Origin: the human T2T-CHM13v2.0 reference genome, Homo sapiens
Assembly: GCF_009914755.1 (NCBI RefSeq)
Contig: NC_060940.1
Length of the DNA stretch: 64,000 bases
Reading direction: 5' to 3' (one strand)
Shown here: positions 61,345 to 64,000 of the stretch, piece after piece
Numbering within the stretch: the stretch's first letter is position 1
Layout of the letters: every line of letters begins with the position of its first letter
Translations under genes and position numbers: made by a program
The notes under the pieces: generated by a model
Told to the model about the DNA's origin: nothing
The model's input: only the letters and a program-made list of their open reading frames with translations
Databases searched by the model: none

Positions 61345-61775
61345 GCGAAGATGGGCTATGCATGTGCCGAAACTTTTACCACTTTTGCAGGGGTAGGAAA
61401 AGTGGGAAGGTAGAGGATATAGTAAGGTAGTATTTCTAGATTCTCTCACAGTTAGGTGTGGCCACTTGGCTAAGTTTTAACCCATGAAAAATGAACATAA
61501 ATCGTATACCCCTGCCAGGCCTGATCCATAAAACCTCACTGCATTTTCCTCCTCCAGGCAGATGAGCAATCTTTAAAGCCGTATTCCAAAGATGGTGAGG
61601 TCACAGCTACAGAAGACCAGAACTCTGGATTGCCATTTGAAAGAGAGTTTCCCACTCATTGGGAGCACGCGTTTTGAACTTTACATAAGAGTGATATAAA
61701 CATTTATGATATTTGAGTCGTTATACGTTTTTGGGTTTGTTTGTTACAGCATTATTTTGACTGTGGTCACTGATA
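61345..61775 (+). mobile_element. MLT1-type LTR
   Basis: cagttaggtgtggccacttggctaagtt...ccaggcctgatccataaaacct...gtttgtttgttacagc. Confidence 0.55.
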
Positions 61776-62689
61776 GCTCAGACTAGGGTTGTGGTTGTAG
61801 AAACTTGATTACCCAGCAGCTATGGGTGTGCCAAGATGGCTTAGGGTCCTGGGTAAAGGTCAACATCTCTCTTACTTTTTGCAACCTTTTGCAGGAGCTA
61901 AACACCATTCAGCACTTAGCTGGCCCTTTCTGGGCTCTGCTAGTCCTCTTGGATATCTGCCTACCCCAGTGCTTCTGGCTTTTATGCCCCCCAGAACTTT
62001 CCTGCTCCCCAGGGACTGTCTGTTTGATTCCAGTTGCCTGGGCAGCTTTACCTCGTGCATAATGATGTTCCATAGCCCATGTTTTATTTCTTGGGTTTTC
62101 AATCCTTTCATAAAAAATGCATGCTGGATGAAAGGTTTTACATACCAAACAGGCCAGAGATTTAGGGCGGCTAGCTTAGTGATTCAAAATCGTTCCTTTT
62201 CTTTTTTTTAATTTTTATTACAATTGCTCTGAAAGAAATCTCTATCGCTTGATATTAACAAATGTAGCCACCGAAGCAGATGCACATACCCACAAACACC
62301 AGGAGAATTAATTACCTACAGTTAGATCCGTTTCATCCTTTTTTTCCCAAAGCAATGCTGCAAAGACAAGAGCTTTATTGCAGTCAGCCACTAGCCTCGA
62401 GCCTTCTATTTCTGCACCCGAGCCCACCAGGCAATGGAGATGACAAGAAAACTTCATGGGGGAGACCCCTGGGTATACTCTTCTGGCTAGATATGTCCTG
62501 GAGTGACAGTTATCTTCTAATTTAACTAAAATCTGAAATCTGAGAGGTGTAAATTCTAACAGTAAAACTAATAGCACCTCACATATAGGTAAAGCTCTTT
62601 GCTTACAAAAGTGCTCACACATCTGTTAGCTCCAATGGCTTCTGCAAGGGAGGGAATAAGGCATCTGAAATTGCTGCCATACCTTGGTT

Positions 62690-62940
62690 GCAATAATATT
62701 AGCTATCATTTTGTGCACTTCTTATGTGCTAAGCACTGTTTTTAACACCATACATACATTAACTCATTTAATGCTCATAACATCCCAATGGTCTCGTTAT
62801 CTTTACATTAAAGAAGAAGAGACTGAAGAATAGAGAGACAAAATAGCTTGCCCAAGGAAACCAATCTAGTAAGCAGTGGAGCAGGGATTTGAACTCAGGA
62901 GGTCTAAATTCAGAGCCCATGGTCTTAGGCACTATACTGT
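62690..62940 (-). mobile_element. MIR
   Basis: atgtgctaagcactgt...attaactcatttaatgctcataac...gcagggatttgaactcagg. Confidence 0.8.
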
Positions 62941-63070
62941 TTTGGAAAACTCTGGATTTGGAGTTAAGATGTTCAAATTCTAGCCAAAATTATTTCATTA
63001 ATAAAATAAGTTTCTTAGTCTGGGCAAAATTTGTCTGATTTTCTTAAACATAGCATCCTCCTTTTCTTAT

Positions 63071-63520
63071 TGTAATAGACTGTTAAATGAATCTATAGCT
63101 TTGTTCACACCTCCTTGCATCCGTGCCCCTGGGTTGGCCCCTCCCACCTTGGCACTGAGCTTGGTCATGTGACTTGTTTTGGCCAGTAGGACAATAACAA
63201 AGGTGATTCTGTCATAAACTTAAAAACACTTGTGCAATGAGAATTGTCCTCTCATGCTGCTCTTGGGAACCCTGTGACCATGATGTGAATGGCTCTAGAT
63301 GAGCTAAGAGCCACTACACAATAAGACACACATAGTAATCACCCCAGCTCAGGTAGAAACAACCTCCAGAGATGTGAATCAGATCATGCTAGTTCATTCA
63401 GTCCTAGTAGAGCCACCAGTCTTTCAAGATCAGAAGAACCCTTAAGACAACCCACAAAATAGTAACACAAAATAAATGTTTGTTATTTAAAGTCACTAAG
63501 TTTTGGGGTGGTTTTTTATG
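63071..63520 (+). mobile_element. MLT1 (F/G-like) LTR, 3' tip lost in TGGA repeat
   Basis: gcttggtcatgtgacttgttttggcca...gctgctcttgggaaccctg...aataaatgtttgttatttaaagtcactaagttttgggg. Confidence 0.7.
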
Positions 63521-64000
63521 GATGGATGGATGAATGGATGTGTCAATGGATGTGTGGGTGGATGAATGTGTGGGTGGATGAATGATGGATGGATGTGTAG
63601 GTGAATGGGCGGGTGAATAATTCAATGGATGGATGGATATGTGGATAGCTGTGTGAGTTGATATGTGGGTAGATGGATAGATATGTGGGTGGGTGGATGG
63701 ATATGTGGGTGGATGGATGGATGTATGTGTGTGTGGGGTGGATGGATAAATGGATGGATGGATGGATGGATGAATGTATGAGTAGATGGATGGATAGATG
63801 GATGGATGTGTGGGTGGGTATGTGGAGGAGAGTGGATGGATGGTTGGATGAATGAAAGAATGTGTTGGGGGGATGAATGAATGGATGGATAGATGGATGG
63901 ATGAATGTGTGGATGGATATGTGGAGGTGAGTGCATAGGTGAATGAATGTGTCCGTAGATGGACAGATATATGGATGTGTAAGTGGAAGGATAGATAGAT
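63518..64000. repeat. Degenerate (TGGA)n tract running off the window
   Basis: Directly visible. Confidence 0.95.

Overview
Human or other catarrhine-primate (AluY-bearing) non-coding DNA, either intronic or intergenic; I could not identify the locus. I can support no protein-coding exon, RNA gene or CpG island. The long ORFs in the track come from Alus, L1 remnants, LTR elements or simple repeats. Most of the window is interspersed repeat: about 33 Alu/FLAM/FRAM copies, a near-complete THE1B MaLR provirus (609-2896), an old L1MB-type LINE with an internal deletion and nested insertions (~5061-12080), four ERV1 solo LTRs, several MaLR/ERVL LTRs, many MIR and L2 relics, hAT and Tigger MITEs, a MADE1, and a 3'-truncated Hsmar1 mariner (59208-60152). 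The most unusual structure is a MER39 solo LTR (19904-20571) flanked directly by a ~180-bp host duplication instead of a 4-bp TSD. A second ERV1 LTR about 3.4 kb away (15954-16503) shows an older version of the same arrangement, suggesting non-concerted retroviral integration fixed in the germ line. Also notable are a pure (GGAA)21 tract, a ~600-bp polypyrimidine tract, and unique patches with RFX, PBX-HOX and CTCF-like motifs that may be enhancers. Subfamily names come from recalled consensus sequences, and boundaries of old elements are approximate.
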